Shown: positions 24,935-37,041 of the stretch, piece after piece
Numbering within the stretch: position 1 is the stretch's first letter
Layout: every line of letters starts with the position of its first letter
Assembly: GCA_958009085.1 (NCBI GenBank)
Contig: OY253673.1
Coordinates: 992,001-1,056,000 of the forward strand
Direction of reading: 5' to 3'
From: Protoeuglena noctilucae
Lineage: Eukaryota
DNA: 64,000 nt
Position numbers and translations under genes: made by a program
Notes under the pieces: model-generated
The model's database searches: none
What the model saw: the letters and a program-made list of their open reading frames with translations, nothing else
Told to the model about the DNA's origin: nothing

Positions 24935-27900
24935 ATGTCGGTAGCATCTTTTGAGAGGAATATTCATGTCGACGTGTGTCGGAGCGCGGTCATCGGTCCG
25001 CAGTCTTCGGAAGGGCGGCGAAGCAAACGCCGATGCGCAGTTGCCCCCTCAGGCGTTCCACGGTGCCACCCGGCCCCCGCGCGTTCCGTGGGATGTCGTA
25101 TACTGTCGTCTCAATGGCGTCTCCGCGCGGCGGCACAGGAGCGAGTGGCTGGTGCGGGGTCCTGCCGCCTCCAGCTCGCGGTCCAGCGGCAGACCAAGTT
25201 TGGGGAGCTGGTGAAGGTCGTCGGCAGCACGGAGGAGCTTGGGAACTGGGTGAGTGTGCGGTGGCACGCGGGCGTTGTCAAGCTTGACAAATCGGAGGCT
25301 GTGGGCCGCCACCACGCGGGACCTAGCCCACGCCTAGGCGGGGTCCTCCTGGCCCCTCGGACCGTCCCCGCTGTTCCGGCCGCGCAGGACGCCCGCGCGG
25401 CCCCGACCATGCGCTGGACCGACGGGCACGTGTGGGTCCTGGACCTGACGGTCCCTGCGGGCACCACGGTCGAGTTCCGCTTCATCGCCATCAACCGCCG
25501 CGGAGAGCCCCGGGAGGAGCGGGCCACGCGGGCCGTCGGGGTCGTGTCCGCGCCCGTGGCTCGGGCCTTCTGCAACTTCGATGACCCCGCGTCCCTTCGC
25601 GTCGACGCCACCAAGGGCGGCGTTGCGGTCCCCCGCGCTCTGGGGGTGGGTGACGTGGCGCAGGACGGGGGTCCCGCCGTGCCCGAGGGCGGGCCGGGGA
25701 CAAAGAACGGCGCGACGCCTCTGCCGCAAGTCATGTCCGGCGCAGAGGTGGCTGAAGTGGCGTCCGCGCCACCGGACGCCGACGTAAGCGGGCAGGGTGC
25801 CAGGCAGGGTGGTGGCGATGCTGGACCCGCTGAGCCGAGGGCGACCGAGGCGAGGCGCGTGGACGATGGGGTGCGGGAGGGGGACGGGGTGTCGCGGGAG
25901 GAGCGGGCGCGGGTGCTGGAGGAGCGGGGCCCTGCCGTCCCGGGGACCGAAGTGCCGTTTGCGTGGGAGGGCAAGGAGACGGTGTTCATGCAGTCCAACG
26001 AGCATCGCCGCGAGCGCGAGGGCGTGTGGGACTCGAGCGGCCTCGAGGGGGCGGCCAAGGCGCTGGTGGAGGGTGACCGAGACGCCGGTGAGCGGATGGC
26101 GGGCGTGTGGGACGCCGGCCGACCCTGCTGTGTCCGCCTGCCTGTCATCACGGCTCCACGTGTGCATGACAGCGCCTCCCTCCTGCCGTGTTGCAGGTAG
26201 CTGGCGCAAGAAGCTCGAGGTGGTCGCGCGTGTCCTGGTGGAGGATGCCCCCGAGGGCCGCCCCGCGACGGACGCGCTGGCGTTTGCGGCCGTGTACCTG
26301 CAGTGGGTCAACTCGGGGGCCATCGCGTGCGTGGAGGACGGCGGCCACCACCGCCCGAACCGCCACGCGGAGCTGGGCCGCGTCATCTTCCGATCGATGG
26401 AGTGGGTGGCCGGCGACCCATCGCGGTGAGTGCCATGCGGTTTGCCACGCCCGGCGCTGCGCCTGGCCACCCAGCGGCACGTGCCCGCTCACGATCTCCC
26501 CGCCGCCCTGCGCCCCAGTTCCCCCGTGGACCTTCACCTCGCCCGCAAAGTGGCGGGCAAGCTCCCCGCCTTCTCCGAGGCGTTCACTTGCTCCGTGCCC
26601 CTGACGCGCATCCGCGACATTGCCCACCGCAACGACATCCCCTCGGACCTCAAGCGCGAGATCAAGCACACGATCCAGAACAAGCTCCACCGCAACGCCG
26701 GGCCCGAGGACCTGGTGGCGACGGAAGCCATGCTGGCGCGCATTCAAGCCAGCCGGGGGGACTTCTCCGGCGCCTTCGTGGCCGAGTTCGAGACTTTTGC
26801 GCGGGAGCTGCGGGAGTTCTTTGGGGCCGGATCCCTGGGCGACATGCTGGACGCCATCCGCCCTTCCCTGGACGACGCGGGCGGGGCGGCCGTGGACCAA
26901 TTCCTGGCGGCCAAGGGGCGGCTGGACGGTGGGAATGCGGGCGACGACAACATGCAGGACGTGATGGACGCGCTGCACCGCCTAACCACCGTGCGCGCCA
27001 CGCTGGTCGCCGGGCTCAGCTCCGGGCTGCGGTGAGGGCGCGGAATACCCTGAGCGAGATGTCTTGGATATGTCAATGTGATCTTGTGCCATGCACTTTC
27101 CCACCCATGCTCCTCCCAGCAACGACGCCCCCGACACGGCCCTGGTCATGCGCCAGCGGTGGCGCCTGGCCGAGTCGCGCCTGGAGCAGTTCGCCTTTGT
27201 GCTCCTGTCCCGCCTGCTCAACTGCCTGGACCGCCTCGGCGGCGCGCCCTTCCTGTCCCGCTCGCACGAGAAGGAGTGGGCGCTCCCCATCGGGGCCGTG
27301 GTTCTCGGGCTGCGGCACGTGGGACTCGGGGCCTTTGAGCCGCGCGAGTGCATGGCCCTGGAGCAGGAACTGGCGACATGGCAGCAGGCGGGGCAGTTCC
27401 AGGACCGGGCGAACGCCCTGCGACTGAGGGCCACGGTCGAGAGGGCCCAGCGCATGGTGGAGCGGTACTGGTGAGGGCGGTGGCTGAGGGACGTGCACGA
27501 TGTGTTGACTCCTGCCTGGCCCCGCGAGTGACACGATCTTCTCTACTTGCATCGCAGCGACATGCTCCTCTCCGCCTACCCCCGGCGCGCCCGCCAGCTG
27601 GGCACGGCCCTGGGCATCCCCCCCGAGCGCGCCTCGGTGTTTGCCGAGTCCGAGATCCGCGCCTCGGTCGTCTTCCAGGTGTCCAAGCTCCTGCAGGCCC
27701 TGCAGAAGGTGTGCCGCCTGTCCAGCAAGAGCGACCCCTGGGAGGCGGTCGTGGCGGGGACCAGCGTGGGGAAGGCGGTGGTCGTGGAGGCCGTCACACC
27801 CGAGGCGAGGGGCGCATGCAGCGGGCGACATGGTTGATGCAGCAAAGCACGGTGCATGCGCTGGTATCGACTGGTCCATCAGCAGGGAGCGTCATGGGTC

Positions 27901-29513
27901 GTCACCCCGCTCTTATCACAGGTCTTATCGGGCTTGACGGAGGACACGGTGCTTATCGCGCACACCGCGGACGGGGACGAGGAGATTGCGGTGGGCGCGG
28001 GGCACGTGAAGGGCATCGTGCTGCTCCAGTCGCTGCCCCACCTGAGCCACCTAGGGGTGCGGGCCAGGCAGGAAGGCGTGCCGTTCGCCACGTGCGATGA
28101 CGCAGAGACGGCCGCGACGGTGCTCGCGTGCAAGGGCAAACGCGTCGGGATCGAGGTGGCCACGAGCGCGGTGCAGTTCGGGGAGGGCGTGGGGGGAGGG
28201 GCCAGCGCCAAGCAGGGGGACGCCACCGCAAAGCGGGGCGCGGAGCGGGGGGCTGCAGGGGCCGGGGCCGGGCCGGCGCCCTCGAAGCGCGGTGGGGAGG
28301 GGTCTGGCGCGTCGTGGGTGGCGCTGGAGGATGCCAAGGAGTCCTCGTGCGGGGCCAAGGCGCACGGGTGCGCGCGGCTGGCACGGCTGGCGGCGTCGTC
28401 CAAGGCCTTCCGGGCCCAGCCCGGCGGGGTGCTGCCCTACGGCGCCCTGGAGTCCGCGCTGGCGTCCGCCGGCGAGGGGGCCCGCAAGGCCTTCGCCGCT
28501 CACATGGCAGCGCTGGAGGCACCGGGCGCGTCCGCGGGGGACATCTCCGTCGCGTGCACGGAGATCCAGAGGCTGATCGGCGCGCTCGCCGTGCCCGCGG
28601 ACGCCGTCGACGCCGTGGCGCGCCTGGCTGCCGAGGGCCCTGGCGGCCCCCCCCGCCTCATCTTCCGCTCGTCGTCCAATGTCGAGGACCTCAAGGGCGT
28701 CTCGGGGGCGGGGCTGTACGAGTCCGTGGGGAACGTGGACCCCGCGGACCGCGGCGCCGTGGAGGCCGCCGTCCGCGCCGTGTGGGCGAGCCTCTTCACG
28801 CCCCGCGCCGTGGGGAGCCGGCGGGCGGCGGGCATCCCGCAGTCGTCGGCACGCATGGCGGTGCTGGTGCAGCCCATGGTGGACCCCGAGGTCTCTTTCG
28901 TGGTCCACACCGTGTCCCCGCTCGACCGCGACCCCCGCACGGTCCTGGTGGAGGCGGCCCCGGGGCTGGGGGAAACTTTGGCCAGCGGGGCCCGCGGCTC
29001 GCCGTGGCGCCTCCAGATCGACAAGGCCACCGGGGACACGACCACGCTCACCTTCGCCAACTTCTCCAACGCCCTCACTGGTGAGACGCGGTTGTCGGGG
29101 CCCCATTACGGCCCTCCCCTGCCACGCCACCCGTCACGCTTCCCTGGCCCGCTCGCCCGCAGTCACGCGCCCCCGCACGGCCCCCTCGGGTGCTGGCGGG
29201 TCTCTGTACGGCAAGTCCGATCCGCTCATGGGGAAGGGGGGCTACCTGCGACTGGTGGACTACAGCCGAGAGCCGCTGTCGGTGGACGCGGACGCGAGGG
29301 CAGCACTGGGGAAGCAGCTGAGGTGAGAGAGGCTAATGGCATGAGTGATATGAGGCGTTCCTGCCACGACTCGTGCCGCGCTCAGCTGCGACCGGAGTGG
29401 CCCGCAGGGACGTGGCGGTGGCGCTGGAGGCGGAGCTGGGGGAGGCGCAGGACGTGGAGGGGTGCGTGCTGCAGGGGCAGGTGTACGTGCTGCAGGCGCG
29501 ACCTCAGCCTTGA
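24935..29513 (+). CDS. PWD: Phosphoglucan, water dikinase (CBM20 + dikinase)
   Basis: N-terminal CBM20 ([26 protein letters not shown]), [48 protein letters not shown] (phospho-His), [19 protein letters not shown] and QDVEG...LQARPQP-stop. Start codon uncertain. Confidence 0.95.
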
Positions 29514-29587
29514 TATCCGAGAACACAGCTTGTGCATGTGCAAGCCATGATCAGTTCAAATGAGAACGCACGGGCGACACGCGGCAG

Positions 29588-30330
29588 CTATGGCTCCCCT
29601 CTTGCGATCCTAAGCAGCTCATCCCTTGCACCTGCGCGCGACCGCCGAAGCCGCGCGTTGCGCCCCTGAGCAAGCTGCCATGGACATCGCCTTGTTGTGC
29701 CTCGCGCCTCACCTGCATACCGCTGGGGCACCCGAGGGGCGGTCACCAGCACCCCGGCTCTGAGTCGCGCCTCTTGTGCCTCGAGGTTGCGTGCGTCCAC
29801 CCTGTAAGCGTCGATGCGCTCCTCTTTCTCCTGCTTCTCACTGCAGCCAAGAGGCTCGACAGAAAGCACGTTGAAGCGGCCAGCTCGCCAATGCGCTGGT
29901 GCAAAGGGTCCGCGAGCCTCACCTTTCGAACAGGGCCTTGTTGTTGTAGTTGGACAGGGCCGCAGTGAGGCAGAGGACGACGAGGGCCACGCGCTGGACC
30001 TTGTAGGACTTTACCCAGCCCCCGCGGAAGAAAGCCACCGTGCGCTCCACGACCCAAATGTACGGCAGCCATATCATACGCGTGAGGCTAACCCCGTCCT
30101 TCGCGCCGCCCCCTGGCGTCCGCCCCGGGACGAACGCAACCAAGTCCTCGACCTGCGCGGGAATCGGCGACCGGGTTGATCCAGCATGCGTCTCGTGCAG
30201 CTTCAGGTGGACGTCATGAAGCGACAACTCGTGGCCCGAAGCGTCTTGCCTTCTCCGGAGGACGCCCCGCCTGCTTGCCGGACCGGATGCGGTCGGCCAC
30301 CATGCGCGCGATATTCGCGCCCCGCACCAT
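29588..30330 (-). CDS. Unknown small protein with one probable TM segment (4 exons)
   Basis: Phase-consistent splice model: MVRGANIARMVADRIRSGKQAGRPPEK|VEDL...VALVVLCLTAAL...LFES|EKQEKEERIDAY...RYAG|ARDELLRIARGEP. The first donor is GC. Confidence 0.6.
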
Positions 30331-30645
30331 CCCACCGCCACCACCCTAGAATCTCACAGCACTGCGCTGATGACGCGAAGCTCTGCGAGATGCTGCCAAG
30401 CACAACCGGCCACGTGTAGAGAAAAACACGTATGGTTCAGGCAATGCACAGGCGCGATGGTCTTTGATTGCCCACCGATGTACACATGATTTCGCTGGTA
30501 AGGACCCAGCACTGCTGCGCGAGGGCGAGGACGGGGCGGGATTGCATACACACTCTTTCCGACGCTCGCGCGCGTCAGGCTGGGCTCCTAATCATCTCCC
30601 TCGCGTGCCTACCCTTCGCGCGAATCATGCGAACCTGATGGATGG

Positions 30646-32553
30646 ATGGAGCCGGCAGCGAAGCGCTCCAAGCGCTCCAAGCTGCCTCCAGACTGGGGCG
30701 ATGCGGTCGCGCGCGCCGCTCTCGCCGCGTGGAGGGGCCTCTCCAAGAACGGCAAGCCCCAGCAGCACGAGCACACGGTCCTGGCCGTAATTCTGGTTTC
30801 TGAAGGCCATGACCCGCTCACCCTGCGCCCGGTGGCACTCGCCACGGGCACCAAGTGCCTCCCCGCCAGCAAGCGCGATCCTCTGGGCTGCTTGATGCGC
30901 GACTCTCACGCGGAGGTCCTGTGTAGGAGGGCGTTTTGCCGCTTCCTGACAAGCGAGCTCGCGCTGGCCAGCGTAGCGGCGCGGGCAAGCCCAGCGGCAG
31001 GTGGTTCAGGGGGGCTGTGGGAGTGGGACGCGGTGGCAAGCAGGTTCGCACTGCGGGACGGGGTGGGCCTGCACCTGTACGTGTCGCAGCTGCCCTGTGG
31101 CGATGCCTGCGTGGACGACGCTGGCGGGGAGGGGGGCGTCGATTGCGAAGGTGGAGTGGCTGGGGCAGGGCGCACGGGGGCCAAGGAGGTTGCACAAGTG
31201 GGGCACGTGCCGACGCAGGGCGAGGTGGACCGAGGGGCGCAGAGGGTCGGGGCGGTGGTGAGAGACGGCGCATCGCGAGAGCGGGCCTGCATTGCTGGTG
31301 TGTGCACTCCACCGCGTCCCTGACTCGGCCTTGCAGCGCAGGAAGCCTGGGAAGGGCGAGGCGACTCTCTCCATGTCGTGTTCGGATAAGGCAAGGGCAG
31401 CAGATGAGCTGCGTAGTGCCTGCGTGACACCAGTACCAGCACCGCATCACAATCAGCACGCTCCTGTCAGCGCAGATCCTGCGGTGGATGCTCGTCGGCC
31501 TCGAGAGCACACTGCTGTCGGGGATGCTCGCGGAGCCTCTGCGTCTGGCCTCAGTGGTCTGCGCACACCGATGCTCTGCGCCAGACACAGCGCAGGCGGC
31601 TTTGCAGCGAGCTCTCTTCCACCGTGCCCCGGCAACAGGCGTCAGACCGCCGCAGGCGAGTGCCGACTGCTAACCCAAGCGCAAGGCCGGTCGCCTTCCG
31701 TGCGACCTCCCTGCTCTCACTTTCTCGGCAGGTGTTTGTGGTCAGCGCCCCACCTGACGAGGACCTCACGCCAGGCCCTGGCAAGGTCGGGTGCGGGTCC
31801 AGCGTGAACTGGAGTGCTGCGTCGATCACGCCCGAAGCGTTGGAAGCTATTCTGGCAGGGCAGGCACCTGTTGCTGCTTCCGTGTGCGGGGACGAGGCAA
31901 GGGCAGCCGTCGCGACGCGGCACCAGCACGAAGCGACGCAGGCGTTGACGGGCCTGCGCCTGGGGCCGAGCAAGTCTGCGCCGCTGTCCAAGAGTGCGAG
32001 CTCTCTGTGTCGGGCGGTCATGGCTGCACGCGTGCTGGTGCTGGCGCGGCTGGCGCCGGAAGTGTGCGCGTGGGCGTTGCGGTTGGATGCGTCGACCACG
32101 TATGGCGAGCTGAAGGACGCGGCTGGGCGAGAGAGGGGCGAGCGATGGTGAGGCACAAACGCTGTTGGGTAGTATAACGAGCAGCGCGTCTGTCACGTCC
32201 CATCTGACGCGTGCCTTCAATTGCAACGCAGGAGGCGTCTGTGTGGGCGGGAGCGGCCAAGGCAAAGCTGCCGGGGAATGCTCCGCGACAACAGCAGAGC
32301 GGGGGAGGGCAATAGCACGGACGCCCTCCGCTGCAATGAAGCGCAGGGCAGCGCACGCGACCCGGGCAATTGGGCCGGCGCGTGCGACCTGTCCTTGTGG
32401 ATCGCCAAGCCAGAGGCCGAGGCCCAGGCGAGGGTGGCAGAGATGCTGGCCGCGCTTGGCATGGAGGACCGCATGCTGGCCCGTGCGCGGCAAGTAGAAA
32501 CGGGGGAGAAAGAGGGAGCCGGGAACAAGACCGGTGTGAATAATGAAACATGA
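30646..32553 (+). CDS. ADAT1: tRNA-specific adenosine deaminase 1 (A37; Tad1/ADAT1)
   Basis: ALATGTKCL, DSHAEVLCRRAF, HLYVSQLPCGDA, RRKPGKGEATLSMSCSDK|ILRW, SVNW, TYGELK and WIAKP; no dsRBD. Confidence 0.88.
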
Positions 32554-32608
32554 TTCAGCATCGACAGCAACACAGACAAATGAGGGGAGCATGCGCTACG
32601 CTCAGAGC

Positions 32609-34506
32609 TCAGAGCTCGTCCGATGCCTTTCCGCCGCCGAAATGGTCCAGGAGGGCAAGGGCCGTCCGGACGTGCAGCGCCGCCCCACGCGTCAGCTGCC
32701 GCTCGTCCATGAAGAACAGCGGGGTGTGGAGCCCGTGCACGGACCCCACGTCTTCGTCCCGGATGCCCAGGAACACAAACAGCCCCGGGACCTTGGCCGC
32801 CATGAACGAGAAGTCCTCCGCCGCCATCGTGGGCTCCTCCAGCCTGCACGCACACACCAACACACACCTCATCGGTCACCTTTAAGTGACACGGATACAC
32901 AAGCTGCACCCAGCATGACCGCCCTGCCGCTCACCACTCGCACGCCACGCCCCCTCGGTCGCACACCTCCTCGCCCCACACCCGCACGAGCCCCGCGTCG
33001 TTCCTCGTCGCCCCGTACGCGAGGCTGCCGAACTCCAGCTCCATCGCCAGGCCGTACATGCTCGTCACGGCCGTGGCCACCGTGCGGATGCGGTCCCGCA
33101 GCTGCGCCTGCTGCTCCGTGGTCAGCGCGCGGATCGTGCCCTGAGAAGGTGGGGCACACAATATCTGAGTGGCGGCGTGTCACTGGGGCAGCCATCGCTG
33201 TCATGCCAGGCCGCGCGACTCGCCTGAAGGGTGACGGAGGGCGGGATGACGTTGGTGGCGCCCTCGCCCGTGTTGAAGCGGCTCACGGTTATGACGGCTG
33301 AGGAAGTGGGGCTGGTCTCGCGAGACACCAGCGGCTGCAGGGCCATGACCACCGCGCTGCCGGCCACCACTGCAGGGGCGAGGGGTGCAGTGCATTGCAT
33401 CAAGATGCTGTATAGGCAATGCACATGCATGCTCAACGCAGTTGCGGGTTTTGCTCACCCGGGTCCGCCGCGAGGTGCGGCATGGCGCCGTGCCCCCCCG
33501 GCCCCGTGATGCGCAGGGTGAAGCGGTCCGACGCCGCCATGATGGTGCCTGCACGGGTTCCCACAGCGCCCGAGCGGAGCCCAGGCCAGACGTGAATCCC
33601 AAACACCGCGTCCACCCCGTCCAGATGCCCCTCATCCACCATACGCTTGCCCCCTCCGAAGCCCTCCTCTGCCGGCTGGAAGATGAGCCGCACCGTGCCT
33701 GGAAGACTGCCCTCGACCCTCTTCAGCAGCGCCGCCGCGGTCAGCAGCATGGTGACGTGGGCGTCGTGGCCGCAGGCATGCATGACGCCGGGAGTGCGGC
33801 TGGAGAAGGGAAGACCCGTGGCCTCCTGGATCGGGAGGGCGTCTGCGGGCGCAGAGACCGTGATGCTTGCGGCGGCGCTCCCAGGGCCAGTGTTTTGCGA
33901 GCAAGATAGGGCAGGGCGTCTGCGGGCGCAGAGACCGTGACCCTTGCGGCGGCGCTCCCAGGGCCAGGGCTTTGATAACAAAACAGGGCAAAGAACCACA
34001 CCCATGTCGGCACGAAGCGCCACGACCGGGCGGCGCCCGTCGCCGATGGTCGCCACGACGCCGGTATCCCCAGCGACGGGGAACTCGTACGGAATGCCGA
34101 GGTCATCGAGGGCCGCGCGGATCTCCGCCGACGCGTGGGTCTCCTGGAAGCTCTGCGGCGGTGAAAGCCGGGTGCGGCTGGTCCCTTTCTGGGGCCGCGA
34201 GCCCGGAGGGAGTCGCCAGCCCAAGCGCAGTTCGCTCCTTACCAGATCCGGGAACAGGTGCAATCGCCTCCGCAGCTCCAGCGCCGTGCGGCTGACCGCC
34301 ATGGCCTCGCTAGTTGACGCCACCCCCGTCTGGCTCGCCAGCGCGTCCCCCAGCGCTTCGCGGAGGCCAGCGGCCATTGTGGCAATGATGTCATCACACG
34401 AGCCGTCGCATTGGTCCCATCCCTGGGGCAGGTCAACGAGCGGGACGGCCGCTGCGATGGAGACAAGAAGGCCTGCGGCCAGAATGCTCCGAAGGAGGCC
34501 CCGCAT
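32609..34506 (-). CDS. M20D amidohydrolase, IAA-amino-acid hydrolase (ILR1/IAR3)-like; signal peptide and C-terminal SDEL
   Basis: [64 protein letters not shown] and LHTPLF. Confidence 0.93.
33835..33990 (-). repeat. 77-bp tandem duplication spanning a 3' splice site
   Basis: agggcgtctgcgggcgcagagaccgtga..cttgcggcggcgctcccagggccag occurs at 33836 and at 33913. Confidence 0.95.
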
Positions 34507-34684
34507 GTCGGGGAGAGTAGACGAGGGCTTAAGAATACTGCCTTTGTTTAACCGCTGGGGACCCCAGAGCTGCTAGTGATATGTCAGGTCGGGTAAACCA
34601 CCCCAAAACAAATGCCGGCAGCTTTTGGGCCAGGAAATTTGAGATGCTGGCAGACGACACTGGCGGCCGCATGCCTTGCATGAT

Positions 34685-36639
34685 TCAGACGTTTTCCCAC
34701 GTGGGCATATGGCACTTGATAGTCCGGGTCGCCTCCTTCCCCAGCGCTGTTTCCAGGTCCCGCAGCATCTCCTCCACCAGCTCCCCCATCGCCCACACCC
34801 GCACGCCCCGCCTCCCATGGTCCCGCACCCGGACGATGGGCTTTGCCGTCGCTGGCCGCCCCTCCACGCCCCGCTCCCGCACCGGAGCTGCCACCCTGTC
34901 CACACCCCTCCCGCACGTGCGGCAGGTCCGGCTGCCCCACTCGGGGGGTTTACCATGCGCCGTCCCGCTTCCCGTGGGCGGCAGGCACCCTCGAGGCGGC
35001 ACATCCACGCGGGCCTGGCTGGGCCGGAAGAGCGCCTGCGGGATGACGAGTCTCCGTTGTACTACACAGGGTGGGCAGGGTGGCAGGCATGGCCGCACCC
35101 AGCCAGCGATTTTCCACCATGCCTCACCAGCACCGGCACGAGCCACTTGACCTTGGAGAGCACCGCACGCCCCACTTCAACTCCCTTGGCGCCCCCTCCT
35201 GCTGTCAGCGTCGCCACTTGGCCCAGGAAGTGCCGCAGGATGTGGCAGGCAAGGGCCACGAACCGCGGCTCGAACGTGTTGAGCATCAGTCGCACTGACG
35301 ACATCAGAGGGTCCACCAAGGAGGCCAGGACACCGCGCCGGGCGGCGGCCTCCACCACCTGCTCCGTGGCACGCACGGCCAGGAACCGGTAGGGCTCGTG
35401 CTGCTCGCGGCACCCGTCCACCAGCGCGGGGAAGAGGTCAAACATCATGGCGGGCGGCATGGAGAGGGGCGTGAGGGGCACCCCCTTCTCCACCTCCCCC
35501 TTCCACCGAATGTCCAGGGGGCGGGGCTCTGGGCCGCGCCGTCGCCGCCGGCTGCACGGGCAGTAAGGTGTTACCAATTACCACACATCTGCTTCCGTCT
35601 CATTGCATGCAAGTGTCGTGCACCGCTCCTCGCCTGGGCATCCTTGTCCCTTCATACGGCGCCGTGCGGGGCCGGCCCTCCACCTCTTCGCCGTCCTCAA
35701 ACACCGCGTCGCTCTCCTTGATCTCCACCGGCAGCAACCCCGCCTCGTACAGCCCCGCGAAGTGCGGGTTCACCAGACCCAAGTTCTCCAGGCGATTGTG
35801 CACCGTGTACGGGCGCCACTTGGGGTTCCCCACCTTACTGGGATCGTGCAGACCCCTGGAGGGGCGAAGCAGAGAGGCCGCGGGTGCAGGAGGCAGGCTG
35901 TGGGGCTGAGCTGCGGCTTATTGTCCCAGCAGCGCTGGCTCACCGGCAGCACGTGCACCAGCGCTCGGCCCGGCGGACCTCATCCGGCACCAGCGCGCCG
36001 TCACGGTTGCCCACGCCGATCGGCGTGGCCCCCAGCACCTGCGCCGCCCCCCGCTGCTCCGCCAATGCCACCATGTGCCGCCCCCGCGCCTCCGCGGGGC
36101 CGAGCATCTCTCGCTGGCCCCCATCCACGATGGCCTGCACCCGATCGTCGAACTCGCGCCGTGCGACCAGGTCGGCCACCAGCGCGTGCCTCCGGTCCGC
36201 CAGCCCACGGAGCAGGGCGCCATGTGCACGGTCCGCCTGGTCCCGGCGCACGTCCCTGGCATGCGTCGGGCCCCGCACGCGGCGGTCCCCTGGACCTTGC
36301 AACGCTTGGCGGGAGCTTGTGGCTGGGCCAGGCCCAGCAAGGGGCGCTCCATCCACGGGGGCCGGGCGCGTGATGGCGGCTCGACGCCGTTGCAGGAGTG
36401 GGTCGTCCGTCACGCGCGCTGGTCCTCCGCTGGACGTCCCTGGGGATGCCCGAGCCGAGGAGCCCGCAAGTCGCGATAGCGTCCCGACAATGATGCCAGC
36501 GCAGAGAAGGTGCTAGCGCATGGCTACGGCTGGGAGGCCAGGCACGCATGCCACCTGCAGGGCCGCTGTTCTTGTCGCGGCCTTGCTCCCGCGCCTTCCC
36601 ATCCCGCCTATCAACTGCTAATCTCTTTGCAATTTCCAT
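34685..36639 (-). CDS. PACRG-domain protein (divergent) with an N-terminal extension
   Basis: FAGLYEAGLLPVEI, LFPALVDGCREQHEPYRFLA, LMLNT, VGRAV and GELVEEML..LE..LGKEA...IKCHMPTWE match the ParcG/PACRG pattern. Confidence 0.8.
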
Positions 36640-37041
36640 GGAAAAACGTCATGTGAAACAACTTGAAAGCTTAGTCCAGAGACGAGGATTTGCAAATGGA
36701 CGGCCAGTAACCCTTCGCATGCGCAGCCTTGGCAGGGCAAGGGTACGCTTTCGCAAGACATGGGGGCGCGCCCGACGCCGGGGCTCTCTTCCGAGCACTG
36801 GCGCCCTTCTCGCGCCTCCGTCTGACGCCAGTGTCTTCGGCGCCCTCAAACAGCGAAATTCAATCACAATCAAGCCACGACTTGCACTCTAAACCAGATA
36901 GCGACAGGCCCAGGGCAGCTGCGGCGAACATGCTCTGCGTGGCCAAGGGCGGGCCGTACACGTGACGGCGGGACCCGGCCGCTTTGGCGTCGGTAGACGC
37001 TGGCCCTGCCGGGCCTTTGCACCGCGAGGTTAAGGACAAGG

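Noticed and set aside
16155..29513. Functional gene cluster (NAR1, FabZ, PWD and neighbours)
   Set aside because: Unrelated pathways; no nitrate reductase, nitrite reductase or NRT2 next to NAR1; ordinary gene neighbourhood.
30646..32553. Possible ADAR-type mRNA editing enzyme
   Set aside because: No dsRNA-binding domains; the architecture fits tRNA-specific ADAT1.
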